Of a stretch of DNA of 64,000 bases, positions 48,980-60,989 are shown piece by piece. The translations under genes and the position numbers were made by a program. The notes beneath the pieces were generated by a model. It saw nothing but the letters and a program-made list of their open reading frames with translations, was not told the DNA's origin and did not search any database. Position 1 is the stretch's first letter. Every line of letters starts with the position of its first letter. The stretch is from the human T2T-CHM13v2.0 reference genome, Homo sapiens, in NCBI RefSeq assembly GCF_009914755.1, contig NC_060947.1; one strand, written 5' to 3'.

Positions 48980-49730
48980 CTCTCTATTATATTACTCTGT
49001 ATCATTTCTTTGGTATTATTTATGGCTATTTGAAATGATCTTATCTACTTGTTTCATGTCTTTCTCCTCCCACTAAATTTATAAGCTCTATGAGAAGAAG
49101 AACTTTGGCTGTCTGGTTCACTGAAGTATTTCCAGCACTTGAAACAGTGCAGAGCACAGAGTAATCACTCAACAAATGTTTGTTTGCTGAAAAAATAAAT
49201 GAATGATGATTTGAGAGGCAATTTATGTCTCCACATTCCTGGGACTTCGTGATTTGGACTGTGTCCCTCTCTAAAGGCCGCTAGTCATTTTGCCCTGATT
49301 CTTCCTCCAGTCTCCACCTTGGACTAGTGTCAAGTCCCATTAGTCTTTGCACCTTGCCTCCTCCAGAATGAGAACTTCTGACATGCCAAATGGTCAGGGC
49401 TGACACTTTTTATGGCATAGGCTTTTTATGAGCTTGGTTAAGTGGCTACATTAACCCAAACCAATAAGGCATTTATTATCAGTGCATTGGATAAGACAAG
49501 TCTGATGGTAGTTCCTGTTCTCAAACAGAAGTTTCAATGAAGGGGGCATTTTATTGTGGTATTAAATATATACACATATTTTTTCAGCCAAAATGGTTTC
49601 TATTGATAAAGTAGAAATCCAGGACCGTTACTGAAAAAAAGACAGGGCAATGAGATTATTTTAGTACCGCAACCATAATTTTCTAGTAACTAGAAGCTAT
49701 TGCAGACACAGCTGTCTCAGTAGAATCACT

Positions 49731-49771
49731 GGTAACCTTGTTATTTACCATCTTTTTGCTTTCAGGTAAGG
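49731..49771 (+). other. Juxtaposed 3'/5' splice signal (branch-like TAAC, pyrimidine tract, CAG|GTAAGG)
   Basis: GGTAACCTTGTTATTTACCATCTTTTTGCTTTCAG|GTAAGG; no AG between 49724 and 49763; motif evidence only. Confidence 0.4.
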
Positions 49772-50264
49772 ACCAAAACAGAAAAGCTCTGTTTAGTTAA
49801 ATGTCATAAACACTGTCATTTAAGAGCAATACATCTGGGTTTCCACATGCCCATAAGCACAGGTTTCCATCACCTATCCCCATTTTAATAACCCCCCATC
49901 TTAATGGCTGGAAAAGCACTAAATTCTAGATAGCAATTCTAATCATACACAGAAATATAAATTTGTCCTTTATAGAGGTGTTACAGATAATTAATTATTT
50001 AATGAAAGCACATCAAATAGTGTATAATGTCCTGAAATTTTGAGGCTATTATCTCACCTAAAGCTTGACTAGGAGTTAATATTGTTAGCAGGGAAGAATA
50101 ATTAGGGAATTCATAACATTAATTATAGCTTGTAGTTTCATCATTTAAAAAGTCATTAGCTTAAGACTGTAAAGAAATGATGATTTTAAAATATCTTATT
50201 CAGATCCACTAACAGAAGTAAATATCAAGGTCATGTAAATAGCAATGAACTGTTTGCTTACTAT

Positions 50265-51760
50265 TGTTTTTATTTTGTAGTAAAAATGACTATTTTCCTT
50301 TTGGCGTACAGTTCTATAAATTTTAACTCATGTATATTTGTGTAACTACCACAACAATCACAATACAGAACTTTTTCATCACTCCCAATAACTTCATTGT
50401 ATTATCTCTTTATAGTCACACTCTCCCCCAACTCAAAACCCTGACAACCACTAATTTGTTTTATGTTCTCATAGTTTTATTTTTTCAAGAATGTTATATA
50501 AATAAAATCATACAATATGTAATCTTTTGAGACTTACTTCTTTCACCCAAGGTAGAGTTTTTAAGATTTACCTAAGTTGTTCTTTCTTTTTATTGTTGTA
50601 TAGATCATTGTATGAATGGACCATAGTTTGTACAGCCATTTACTCATTGCAGTACATCAGGACTGTTTCCAGTTTCTGATGATTATAAGCAGAGCTGTTA
50701 TAAACATTCTTGTACAGGTATTTATGTGAACATTAGTTTACATTTCTCCAGAATAAATACCCAGGAATATCTCAATTTAGGCCTACCATTTTATGACTCA
50801 TTTTTTGTATCATCTATTTTTTTCTCTATCTGTTTCTCTGTTCTTGCCATGTTTTGGGTGATTTTGAGTAATTCTTGTTTTTTATTTTATTTTATCTATT
50901 ATGATTCTGACTATATCTCTTTGTATTTTTTTGGTATTTACTTTAGGAATTTAAAAGTACTTATTTCATAGCCTACTTAGAATTAATATTTTACTACTTC
51001 AAGTGGAATGTAGAAACCTTACCATCATGCAGATCCTTTATACTTTCCCCTTTTTGTTGTAGTTCTATATATACATTACATAAATATCCATCAACAACCC
51101 CATCAGAAAAATACTATACTCTTTATTTTAAACAGTCAAACATATTTTAAAGGACTCAAAGGAGAAGAATATATTGTATTTACTCATCTTTACTCTTTAC
51201 ATTGTTCTTTCTATATGATGCTCTAAGTTTCTTTGTTTTATTATTTCTTTCTGTTTCAAGAACTTCCTTTAGCCATTCTTTTAGACCAGGTGTGCTGACT
51301 ATGAATTCCCATAGTGTTTCTTCATCTGAGAAGATCTTTATTTTACTGTCATTTCTGAATGACATTTTAGTTGGATAGAAAATCATGGGTTGACTGCTCT
51401 TTTCTTTTATTTCAGAACTTGAAAAATATTTGTGCCACTTCTTTTAGGCCTCCATGGTTTTTGATGAGAAATCTACAGTCATTTAAATATTCCCTGACTA
51501 TGCATAATGTATAATTTTTCTCTGACAGCTTTCTAGGTATCAGCAGTTTTATTGTGATATCTGGGAATAGATTTCTTCGGGTTTATGTTGCCTGAAGTTT
51601 GTTTAAGTTTTTGAATTTGTGGATTAATATCTTTCATCCAACTTAGTAAATTGTCAGCCATTATTTCTTCAGGTGATTTTTTCAGCACACACTCTTTTTC
51701 CACCATGTATTTCATAAGCCATATTATTACCATTTCAAGAGCAATTGATTATTTTCCCCA
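50265..51760 (-). mobile_element. Old L1MC/MD fragments (3' end at 50265-50765, then ORF1/spacer region)
   Basis: GTACAGTTCTATAAATTTTAAC...CTTTATAGTCACAC 3' end; ORF1-like peptides at 51180-51386 (IFYPTKMSFRND) and 51533-51733. Confidence 0.65.
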
Positions 51761-51769
51761 CACGCTGTG

Positions 51770-52955
51770 GTTGCATGTTATAATCACCTGGGGAACTTTT
51801 AAAAACTATTATTAACCAGAAATTACTCCCAAAGATTCTTGTTTAATCAGTCTGGAAGAAGATCAGATGTTCATACATTATGTAAAAATAGTTTTATTGA
51901 GGCATACTTTACATAATAAAATTCACTCATTTGAATTGTACAATTTAGTAGTTTTTAATAAATTTACAGAGTTGTACAGCTATCACCAGTATCTAATTTT
52001 AGAACACTTCCATTAATTCCTCAAAAACCTCTTATCCATTTGCATTCATTTCCTATTTCTACTCACAGCCTCAGACAATGACCATTCTACTTTTCTCTAT
52101 AGATTTTCTTTTTATTGAGGTGTAATTCTCATATCATGGAGTTTACTCATTTAAAGTATACAACTAAGTGACTTTTATTATATTCATGGAGTTGTGCAAC
52201 CATCATAACTATCCAATTCCAGAACATTTTTATCACCCTAAAAAAAAAACCCTTACCTGTTTGTAGTCACTCTTCATTGCTTCCCCAGTCCCTGGCAACC
52301 ACTAATCTACTTTCTGCATCTATGGATTTGCCTACTTGGACATTTCATACCAGTGGAATCTGACAAGCCTTTTGTGTTTGACTTCTTTCACTTGCCATAT
52401 TTTCGAGGTTTACCACATTGCAGTTTATATGAATACTTCATTCCTTTTTATGGTTTAAAAATAATCCATTGCATGTATGTAACAACATTTTGTTTATCCA
52501 TTCATCAACTGATGAAAAATTGGGTTGTTTCCACTTGGGGGCTGTTATGTGTAATGCTACTATAAACATTTGTATATGCATTTCTGTGTGAACATTTGTG
52601 TTTTTATTGTTCTTGAGTAGGGTCCTAGGGATGAAATTTCTGAATTATATGGTAATTCTATGTTTACATTTTTGAGGAGCCACCAAACTGCCTTCCAAAG
52701 TGGCTGCACCATTTTACATTCCCACCAGCAGTGTATGAGGGTTCCAATTTCCCAAAATTCTTGTCAACACTTGTTATTTTCTGTTTCTTTTTTTTTTGTA
52801 TTATAGGCCATTCTAGTGGGTGTGAAGTAGTATCTCACTTTGGTTTTGATTTACAGTTCTCTATTGACTAGTGATGTTGAGCATCTTTTATCATAGCTAT
52901 TTAAAGTTTCAGAAATCTGTCTTCTGTGCAACTAGAAGTCAAGAATCACTTATTT
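51770..52955. mobile_element. MER5A-like DNA transposon split by L1MB (pieces ~51770-51880 and ~52900-52955)
   Basis: TAATCACCTGGGGAACTTTTAAAA...AGATTCT..TTTAAT..GTCTGG, then TTAAAG...TGTGCA...AAGAATCACT. Confidence 0.45.
51885..52900 (-). mobile_element. Two adjacent L1MB-type 3' ends (51885-52105 and 52106-52900)
   Basis: Two successive TTTTATTGAGG...ACTCATTT...GAGTTGT..A.C.ATCA...AGAACA motifs; the second continues into CCAAAGTGGCTGCACCATTTTACATTCCCACCAGCAGTGTATGAGGGTTCC. Confidence 0.75.
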
Positions 52956-53800
52956 AGAAAATGTGGTTCCAGGATCTTAGGAAAACCATTGTGAGCTGCT
53001 GCATCCCTCAACTGTAGTTTATTTAGACCAGAGCCAAGGATCATCATGTATGATAATAACTGGATGAGTTGGGGCTGATAGATGCCTCCATAGACTAAGG
53101 ATACCTGACAGATAAGGGGAAAAATGTGACTCCTTGACTTGCACTCTTTCAGAATGTTGACTTAATGGTGGAGGCACTGACTTTGAGAAAAGTGAAAGTC
53201 AAGGTGTTCAAACTTGGTTTGGAAACCAGGTGAAGGTAATGTGTGAAAAATGATTCTAAGTGCAATAATGTGGGTGCCAGTGAAGGCCATGTGATGGTAA
53301 TAACTTCTGATCATGTCCTGGAAAACTATGATAAATCCCTAGAGCAAAGTGTCCTGTAACTCATCAAGAGGTAAATAAAATGAAAGAGCAGCACCCAACC
53401 CATGTTCTTAAGTTATACTAGAAACAGAAAGCATGAGGTTCTTCTGCTTCATGGCCCTGTAATAGAGCAGATAACAGGAGGAGGTTTTTTCCCTCACTTC
53501 AGTGTCATGACTGTTGAAATAATATCTTGGTTATCCATCTAAATGAGCCATAAGGAACAGTGTAGATGTATCAATAATCAGAAGAGGTGACTTAATGAGG
53601 GGTATTATAGAAGCGTCAAATGGCCAAGAAGCTGAGGTAGAGGTGGTAGACAGAATGGTGGGTATCAGCTGTAGAAATGGGCACTTGTGATTTGTGAGTA
53701 CATGTAAAACACCTCAGAGTCTCCCTTAAGCCAGAAAGAAGATACTCTCAACACTAGATTTTTAGTGAATTAGACAGACTACTTTGTTACAAAGTCACAA

Positions 53801-53880
53801 AAGCTTACTCCAATGTAAGTAATAGTGGTTAGGTTATCCTAAGCTTACTCTAACTGAAGTAATAGTGGTTAGGTTATCCT
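53801..53880. repeat. 40-bp tandem duplication in unique DNA
   Basis: AAGCTTACTC(CAATGT/TAACTG)AAGTAATAGTGGTTAGGTTATCCT twice. Confidence 0.93.
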
Positions 53881-54442
53881 ATTGCAGTTCATTCAGGCAA
53901 GGCAAATAGCCCGCCAGTCAGTAAGACCTATTTTCCTTCTCTTTTCTTCTTTTCCCTTCCCTTCTTTTCTCAAATATACTGAGGTCAGTTTAAATTTGTT
54001 TTAACTGATGGCCTTTATCTTCCTGTTGCCTATTGGGTAAATTTTAATTTGTCTTTGCCTGATGATCTGTGTTCTTCTGGTGCCTATTAGGTAATTCTCA
54101 ACCATACACATTACTCCAGACTACCTGCCTCTCTAAATCCTGGCTTTGACTATCATTTGTTCTAATTTTGAATGACCTTTTCTGGACCATTCTTTAAGAA
54201 TGTCCACTGTTATAATTTTTAAAGAAGATATTGATAATATACTTCAGGGACATCATGAATAAAATTGGCTTTTGTGTGCTAACCTGGAAATCAAGTCACT
54301 ATTTATGCCATTATTCTTATGAGGATGCACTGCTAATTCTAAAAACTGAGTAATAAGGGATGCTTTAGAACAATATTGTTCTAGGTTGAGGTTTTCCAAT
54401 ATGGAAAATATAAGAGTAAACAATAAAAATAAATCTGATGTA

Positions 54443-54843
<401 letters not shown>

Positions 54844-56229
54844 TTAGTTGATTTTAGTCCATCAGGATAAAAGCATACTTGGGTTGGTCTATGACATATT
54901 TGAAGTGAATAGGTATATTCTTGTGTATGTTTGGATTGGTTTAATCATTTCCATCCTGTTTTTCATGTTCTCTTTACAAAAAATCATGAGACTGTGCATC
55001 CTGTCTCATGATTGGTTGTGATTCACTTTTTGAATTCTTTGTTGACTCTTATTTTATTTTGTAGCCAAAGACATGCACCCCACTCTGAAGGAGCCTTACT
55101 TTTTACCCATTAGGAGATTGAGAACTTGGGACTATCCAATAAATGGAGACAGTGTTTAATACTATGTTTAATAATTTAATAAATAATATGGAAGAGAGAG
55201 TCCATGGTGAAATTACTCAACAGAAGAGGAAAGAGGTCCCAGGTGATTTCTTCAGTGACACACAGCTAGTTAGTAGCAGAGACATTGCTAAAACTGTGAC
55301 ATCTTGAACCTTAATTAAGGTTTTCTTACACAATACATTGCCTCTGTTCTTCCATATTTGTGAGAGATACTTAACCTCTATCTGGGTGGTGTATTGACAG
55401 GCCGATGGAGAAATCTTCAAAAAGTATCCCAAGGCTAAGAACATAGAGAAGTATTAATGAGTTTCATCATAACTAAGTTCAAATAAATGAATTTTCAGAA
55501 AAATTAACCAAAGTCTACAATGTTAGATATAATCCTGGTAAATAACTAAGAACTCATTATAGAGATGGACATAATCAAGAAAGGTATTAGACATTTTGTT
55601 CTAGATATGTACATTATGGTTTTGTATTAGAAGATGTTAATGTTTTGCAGTTTTTTCTAATACACTTCTTGATTATGGGTGTCTAAATTCCATCACTCTA
55701 CCTCAAGGAAAATAGAAATGTTCAGAAAAAGTTAGGGGGAAAATAAAATAAAATAATCTAAAAAATAGATACTTCCATAGAAAAGTTTTCCAGCCTAGGA
55801 AAATATGAAGTGTGAAGACATAACAAAAATATTTATTACATTTTATGGGTTTAAAGTTTAGGTGAACATATTCTGTTAGAACTAGAAACTTGAAAGATGT
55901 AGCTTTATGATTCTTTTGCCAGAGATTTAATGCATTGAATAAATTATTTGTTAGCCCCATGTTACCTGTCATTGTTGCATTCTCCTCAGAGACCTTGGCA
56001 CATGCATCAGAGACTTAAAAAGTAGACAGTCTTAAAGAACCACCATACTAATGAAAAGAGTAAAAGGAGGTGTACAAATATCATTTGGTGGGTCAGAAAG
56101 AGTAACAGACTTCCCTGATCTTCACATCAAACGCCTTCCCCAGGCTAGCACAATACATGATACGTGAGTAAAAACTTTATCGTGAGAAATATGCATTGTG
56201 TGGCTAAAACGATTAGGCTTATTGATGAC

Positions 56230-56797
56230 TGAAAAAGATTCTCTCCTTGACCAAACTCTAGCCAGGGTCTTCTGAGTCTTACAAGGGCTTAACTTTAGTA
56301 TATAAAGACTTGAATAAAACACTAACATTGTTATCAAGTCAAGGCCAAAGTCGTAGGATGTCTCCCCACCCATAAAGTGCCTGCCTGAGAAAACTGAAGA
56401 TTGACCCCAAAATTTGCTGTTTGTCCTAGCCAACAACTGAGGGTAAGGCCTCTGTCTCCCAGTCTCTGTGAGAGGATAGAATCCTGACTTCCATCATAGC
56501 CAGCTAGCAGACACAGCTGGCCTAATTACATTTATACTGATTAACCCATCGTAACTCTTCACTTTCTTGACTCTACTGAGCCCCCTTTTATACTCCCTCA
56601 CTATTCCCTCATTCTCCCTTTAAAATACTTAGTCACCTCTGTACAAATGGCAGTTGAGTTCAGTTCTCACTGAACTCTTTTCCCTTTTGTAATAGTTATT
56701 ACTGATTTTCTTTCTCAAGAGGGGATATGGAAAACAAAACAAAACAACAACTACCCTTACTACTTTAACTGGTGTCCAGCTTTGTTTATCTTTGACA
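56230..56797 (+). mobile_element. ERV1 solo LTR, MER67-like
   Basis: TGAAAAAGATTCTCTCCTTGACCAAACTCTAGCCAGG...AAAGTGCCTGCCTGAGAAAACT...GCTTTGTTTATCTTTGACA; TG..CA termini; flanks TGAC/TTAC. Confidence 0.75.
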
Positions 56798-57589
56798 TTA
56801 CACAGATGCTACAGTGCTCTGCTTGTGTCGTTTATCTTATTAAAAATGTGAGTTTCACACTCTCACCAAACAAAGAGAGGTGTGATTTACATTAAATAGC
56901 TGCTTTCAGGTACTTTTGATAAATTCATCACATTTTCAACAGTCACAAAACTTTTACTTTGGGAAATTTAGCAGGTGTGTGTGGTGTATGCTCCTCTCTC
57001 CCCCTCTTTGCTTATGGTAAGAGCAATAAAATCTTATAAAAGCTGTCTTCCTCTTCTACTTTCTTGGTTATTTCAGTGGCAATGCAGGAAGAGGTTCATC
57101 AGGTGGCCTGGGGCTATTTTTCTGTTACGTGCCTTTAAATCTCCAGAGTGGGGAGGGAGGATCCAAGAGGGAAGAAAGTGAGGCTCTATAGTCACAGCTG
57201 CCTTTAAGTGCTAAAGATTTTAGGAAGGGCAGTAGAAGGAATTTTACTGACCAGCACAGCTAATCAGGGCAGGAAAACTGTGAGGGCTGGGACCAAAACC
57301 TCTGTCCAGGAACAGGTAGTGCATTTGGCAGAGCTGTAGCCAGTGATGCATTTCTTAGGAGCTGAAAGGAAGAAACCAGAGACAGGGTAGCAACCTGCCA
57401 GCAGACATATGGGAAAGCAAGTAGCTTTAACCCACCCTCTCTCCCCATTCCACCTAATGTCTTTTGGTACTTTCTCCATAGGAAAGGAAGGAGAGTTGGA
57501 GAATCATAAAGCTGGAGTAAGAGCTCTTCCAGGCATCTTCCATGCTCATACTTTTACTGATAAAAAGTATCAATTGTTATCTTTTTCCC

Positions 57590-58110
57590 CTTAATTTCTA
57601 AAATAATGCATGCTCACTGAAGAAAACCAGGAGAACATAAGAAAATAAAGAGGTAACATAAATCACCCATAATCCCACTACTTGAAGAAAAATATCATTT
57701 CAGTCTCTCTTTTATGCTTATGTATAGAGACTTATGAACAGATGGTATCATTTCTACAGACTGTCTTATTATTTGCTTTTTTGACTAGCAATGTTTCTTT
57801 CATAAATATTCCAATGCCAATATGTATTACACTTCAAGAAGATTTTAATAGCCATTTAATACACCTGTATCATACTTTAATCAACATGCTTTATTGTTAA
57901 ACATTTCATAAACATATCTTTGATAAATATTTCTGTAAAGAAGTCTTTCTGTATTTCATAATTATGCTCTTAGAAAAAATTAATTGAAGTAGGTCTGTTG
58001 GCAGGTATTATTATTTTGAAAATATTTTTATTTGCATTTTGGAAGTGTACAAAATTGCACATCTACCATCAGTGTATAAGTGTGCCTGGTGCCTCACAGC
58101 ACTTCCACCA
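57590..58110 (-). mobile_element. Highly decayed L1ME 3' fragment
   Basis: ATGCATGCTCACTG..GAAAA...AAATCACCCATAATCCCACTAC...ACCATCAGTGTATAAGTGTGCCT. Confidence 0.5.
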
Positions 58111-58126
58111 GGAAAAAGAAACATAG

Positions 58127-58430
58127 GGCTGGGCGCAGTGGCTCACGCCTGTAATCCCAGCACTTTGGGAGGCCAAGGCAGGCGGATCATGAGGCCAGGG
58201 GTTCGAAACCAGCCTGGCCAATATGGTGAAACCCTGTCTCTACTAAAAAAATACAAAAATTAGCCGGGAGTTGTGGCGCGTGCCTGTAGTCCCAGCTACT
58301 CAGGAGGCTGAGGCAGGAGAATTGCTTGAACCGGAAGGCAGAGGTTGCTGTGAGCCGAGATCCCGCCACTGCACTCCAGCCTGGGCAACAGAGCGAGACT
58401 CAAAAAAAAAAAAAAAAAGAAAGAAAGAGG
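58127..58430 (+). mobile_element. AluS (Sg/Sc-like)
   Basis: Full dimer with A tail; TSD AAGAAACATAG at 58116-58126 and 58431-58441. Confidence 0.94.
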
Positions 58431-60123
58431 AAGAAACATAGATGTTCTTTTTTGAGGAGAATATATAGAATAATTGAACTGGACATTGTCAGGTGTAAGT
58501 ACTACTAATAATAGCTACCATTTGTTAAATGTGTTTTATATAAAGTGTATCATTTCCTCTTAACTTTAAAAAAAAATTCTAAAGGAGAAAACAGATTAAT
58601 AAAATACTAATATGCACAGATGTGTAGCGAAAAACATATATAGTAATCTATATATTACTGCTAATTACATGAGTTCATTAGGATAAATGGCCTAAGATGA
58701 AAGTTGAGTTTGGGGATTAATGCAGGAAAAGTTTCCTGTGTAAGTAATAGTCATTATTACTATCATCTTTACTTAAGCAGCTACAAGGCACATGGCATTG
58801 AATTAAGCACTTCATGTATTTTTTTTAATGGAAAAGGAAATAAATGACTACCTATTAATTTTTCTTCATGATGGCAGTTGCTGTATTTAGGTACCTCTGA
58901 AAGAATTCAATTCTAAAGATAGTATTTTTCTAGCCTTCTCCTTATTCCTAGTGCCCTATCTTTAGCATGATTTTATTAGCTTCTAAAAATCATTGCAAAG
59001 GCAATTATTTTGAAAGAGGTCAAGACCTATTTGATTCATTTCAGCACTCACACACAGATTAAAGGCACAAATGTAATCAAATGTTGTGCTTAGTCAGAAA
59101 GGGCTTGAAATAAATCTATTCTAAAAAATGAAATTCAACCTCACAGATGGATGAAAGGTGTTTTATATTTTAATTAGTGTTTCTGTTTGGTTTGAAAAAG
59201 GAAACTGACTGGAGGCTATTTTGGAATGTCTTGTCTGTAACAGTAGCATAGATGGAATACAATGACTGCCCACAAGGATATTGAAAAATTGAACACTGAG
59301 ACATTATCTTTGACTCAGATACTATTAAAGTTAACACTAAAGGTCATTTAATTTCTTCTGCATGTCTAGGCATTTTCTTATTTCCCTAAATTCTGAACTA
59401 AGACACAATGTGTCTTCGAAGTTTAGAAAAGTTCCTGGAGCATAGCTCACCAAATTTCAAGAAACTGGCACATTCTTTAACTATTCAAAAGATTCACTAA
59501 CACATACCTTGCATACAAAATAGCAAATAAATCTTTTAGTAAGCAACTAGCTGAGACACTAATTTTCAGGCTGAATTTCTAAGTGTATGAACTGGCTTTG
59601 CCCTACCAAATACTTTATTAGAAATTTGTTTTCAACCATTATGTTTTACCACATTAAGGAAAATTGCCAGACAAAACTTTAATCTGGAAATTAGATGGTG
59701 ATTTGCCATACCCAGGCATGTTCTCAGCCAGTTTTTTCTAGGTTCCTGCAAACAGACACACGTCAGATGTTTATCTCATATAGATACAACCATAATTATT
59801 TGTTTTCTAAAAGGTCATGCCAAGTTTCTCTTTTTAAAGATTATCAGATCTCAGGTCTTAGCAAAGAAATCTTATGAAAGTAGAGCCTTAGATGGGAGGA
59901 GATAAAGCTGATTTTGTACTTAAGTAGTACAGTCAGCTCTCAAGTATTCACATTCATGGAAAAAATGATGTAGATTACAAAAAGAGCTTCCCTCCATTAG
60001 GGTAAATAACCTGGGATAAGACAATTTTAAGAAACTGGTGAGAAGAGTAAACCTTAGCCAATTGGATGCGGGACACTGCATCTGAGACCAAAAGGTGATG
60101 GGGTTCCTGGAAGTCAGAAAACA

Positions 60124-60159
60124 AGTAGTAGTAGTAGTAGTAGTAGTGTGTGTGTGTGT
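60124..60159. repeat. Compound microsatellite (AGT)8(GT)6
   Basis: Read directly from the sequence. Confidence 0.92.
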
Positions 60160-60989
60160 ATTAGAAGGATTAAGATACCATGGTTTCAGTTTTCGCTGGT
60201 AGTTTTAGGCCAAATGGAATAGAACTATCTGCTATCCAGCTTTGGGACCACTTTCTCATTACATACTTCTTTATGTTCTCAGCATTAATTCTTATGGTGC
60301 ATTTATTAATCCCATTACATTATTGATTGATTGGAACTCTTTTACCTTTGAATTAAGTACAATAATTTTTCAAATACAGGACATTATTTGCCACTTTAGA
60401 ATTTGGAAAGGAAGATAATAGAGAAAAGAGAGACTAATATTATGTCTATGGAAACTGAATGCCCAAGAATTAACTTCTGTTTTTTTCTCAATTCTTGTAA
60501 AATTGTATCTCCATTGTCCCCAAATTCATCATTTTGATTCTGAAATGTTTAATTAATTCTTTTTTACTTTTAATTCATTAATTGCTCTTAAGTTTAGGCT
60601 CCTTCTAGTCTCCATTCATCATCAACTGTAAGATATTTAACTTCATTATGTCTCACCTCTTTTTTCTTGCTTGCTTTTGGGATGTTTTATGATATTTTAT
60701 TGGACTGACTTCATATAACTTTGGTTGCTTATTTTTTACTTTGGTGACTTCTTTCTTCTCCAAAACTTCTATCTCCTATAAACATAGCACATTTTGATTT
60801 ACAGTTGTTTACAGAATCTAATTTGTTTAATGTGTTTATGTGATTAGGTGACATTAGTCTTATGCTATCTTGATTGTAAATAAAAGTGAGAAATGATGAC
60901 AATAAGTCTCAATACCAAAAAGAGCTGTTATATTGAGAATGTCCTTGTTTAGAATACATTTTTGTTCAGATAATTGCCAATGACATATT

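Larger units (their letters stand above)
39460..49205 (+). mobile_element. L2 LINE in pieces (39460-39617, ~42060-42100, 46110-46712, 48985-49205), split by MSTA, L1PA and THE1A insertions
   Basis: Collinear L2 motifs (GATGTCTAATAGGCACCTCAAA; TTTAACTGGTTTCCCTG; GGTCTCAGCTCAAATGTC; CTCAACAAATGTTTG...AATGAATGA 3' tail). Confidence 0.7.

Noticed and set aside
53801-53880. Short direct repeats (also 14928-15025, 2724-2783) as a CRISPR-like array
   Set aside because: Only two copies each, no series of unique spacers, no cas genes, eukaryotic context
56896-56915. Second AG|GT motif (GCTGCTTTCAG|GTACTT)
   Set aside because: Short pyrimidine tract, an AG just upstream and a poor donor; expected by chance
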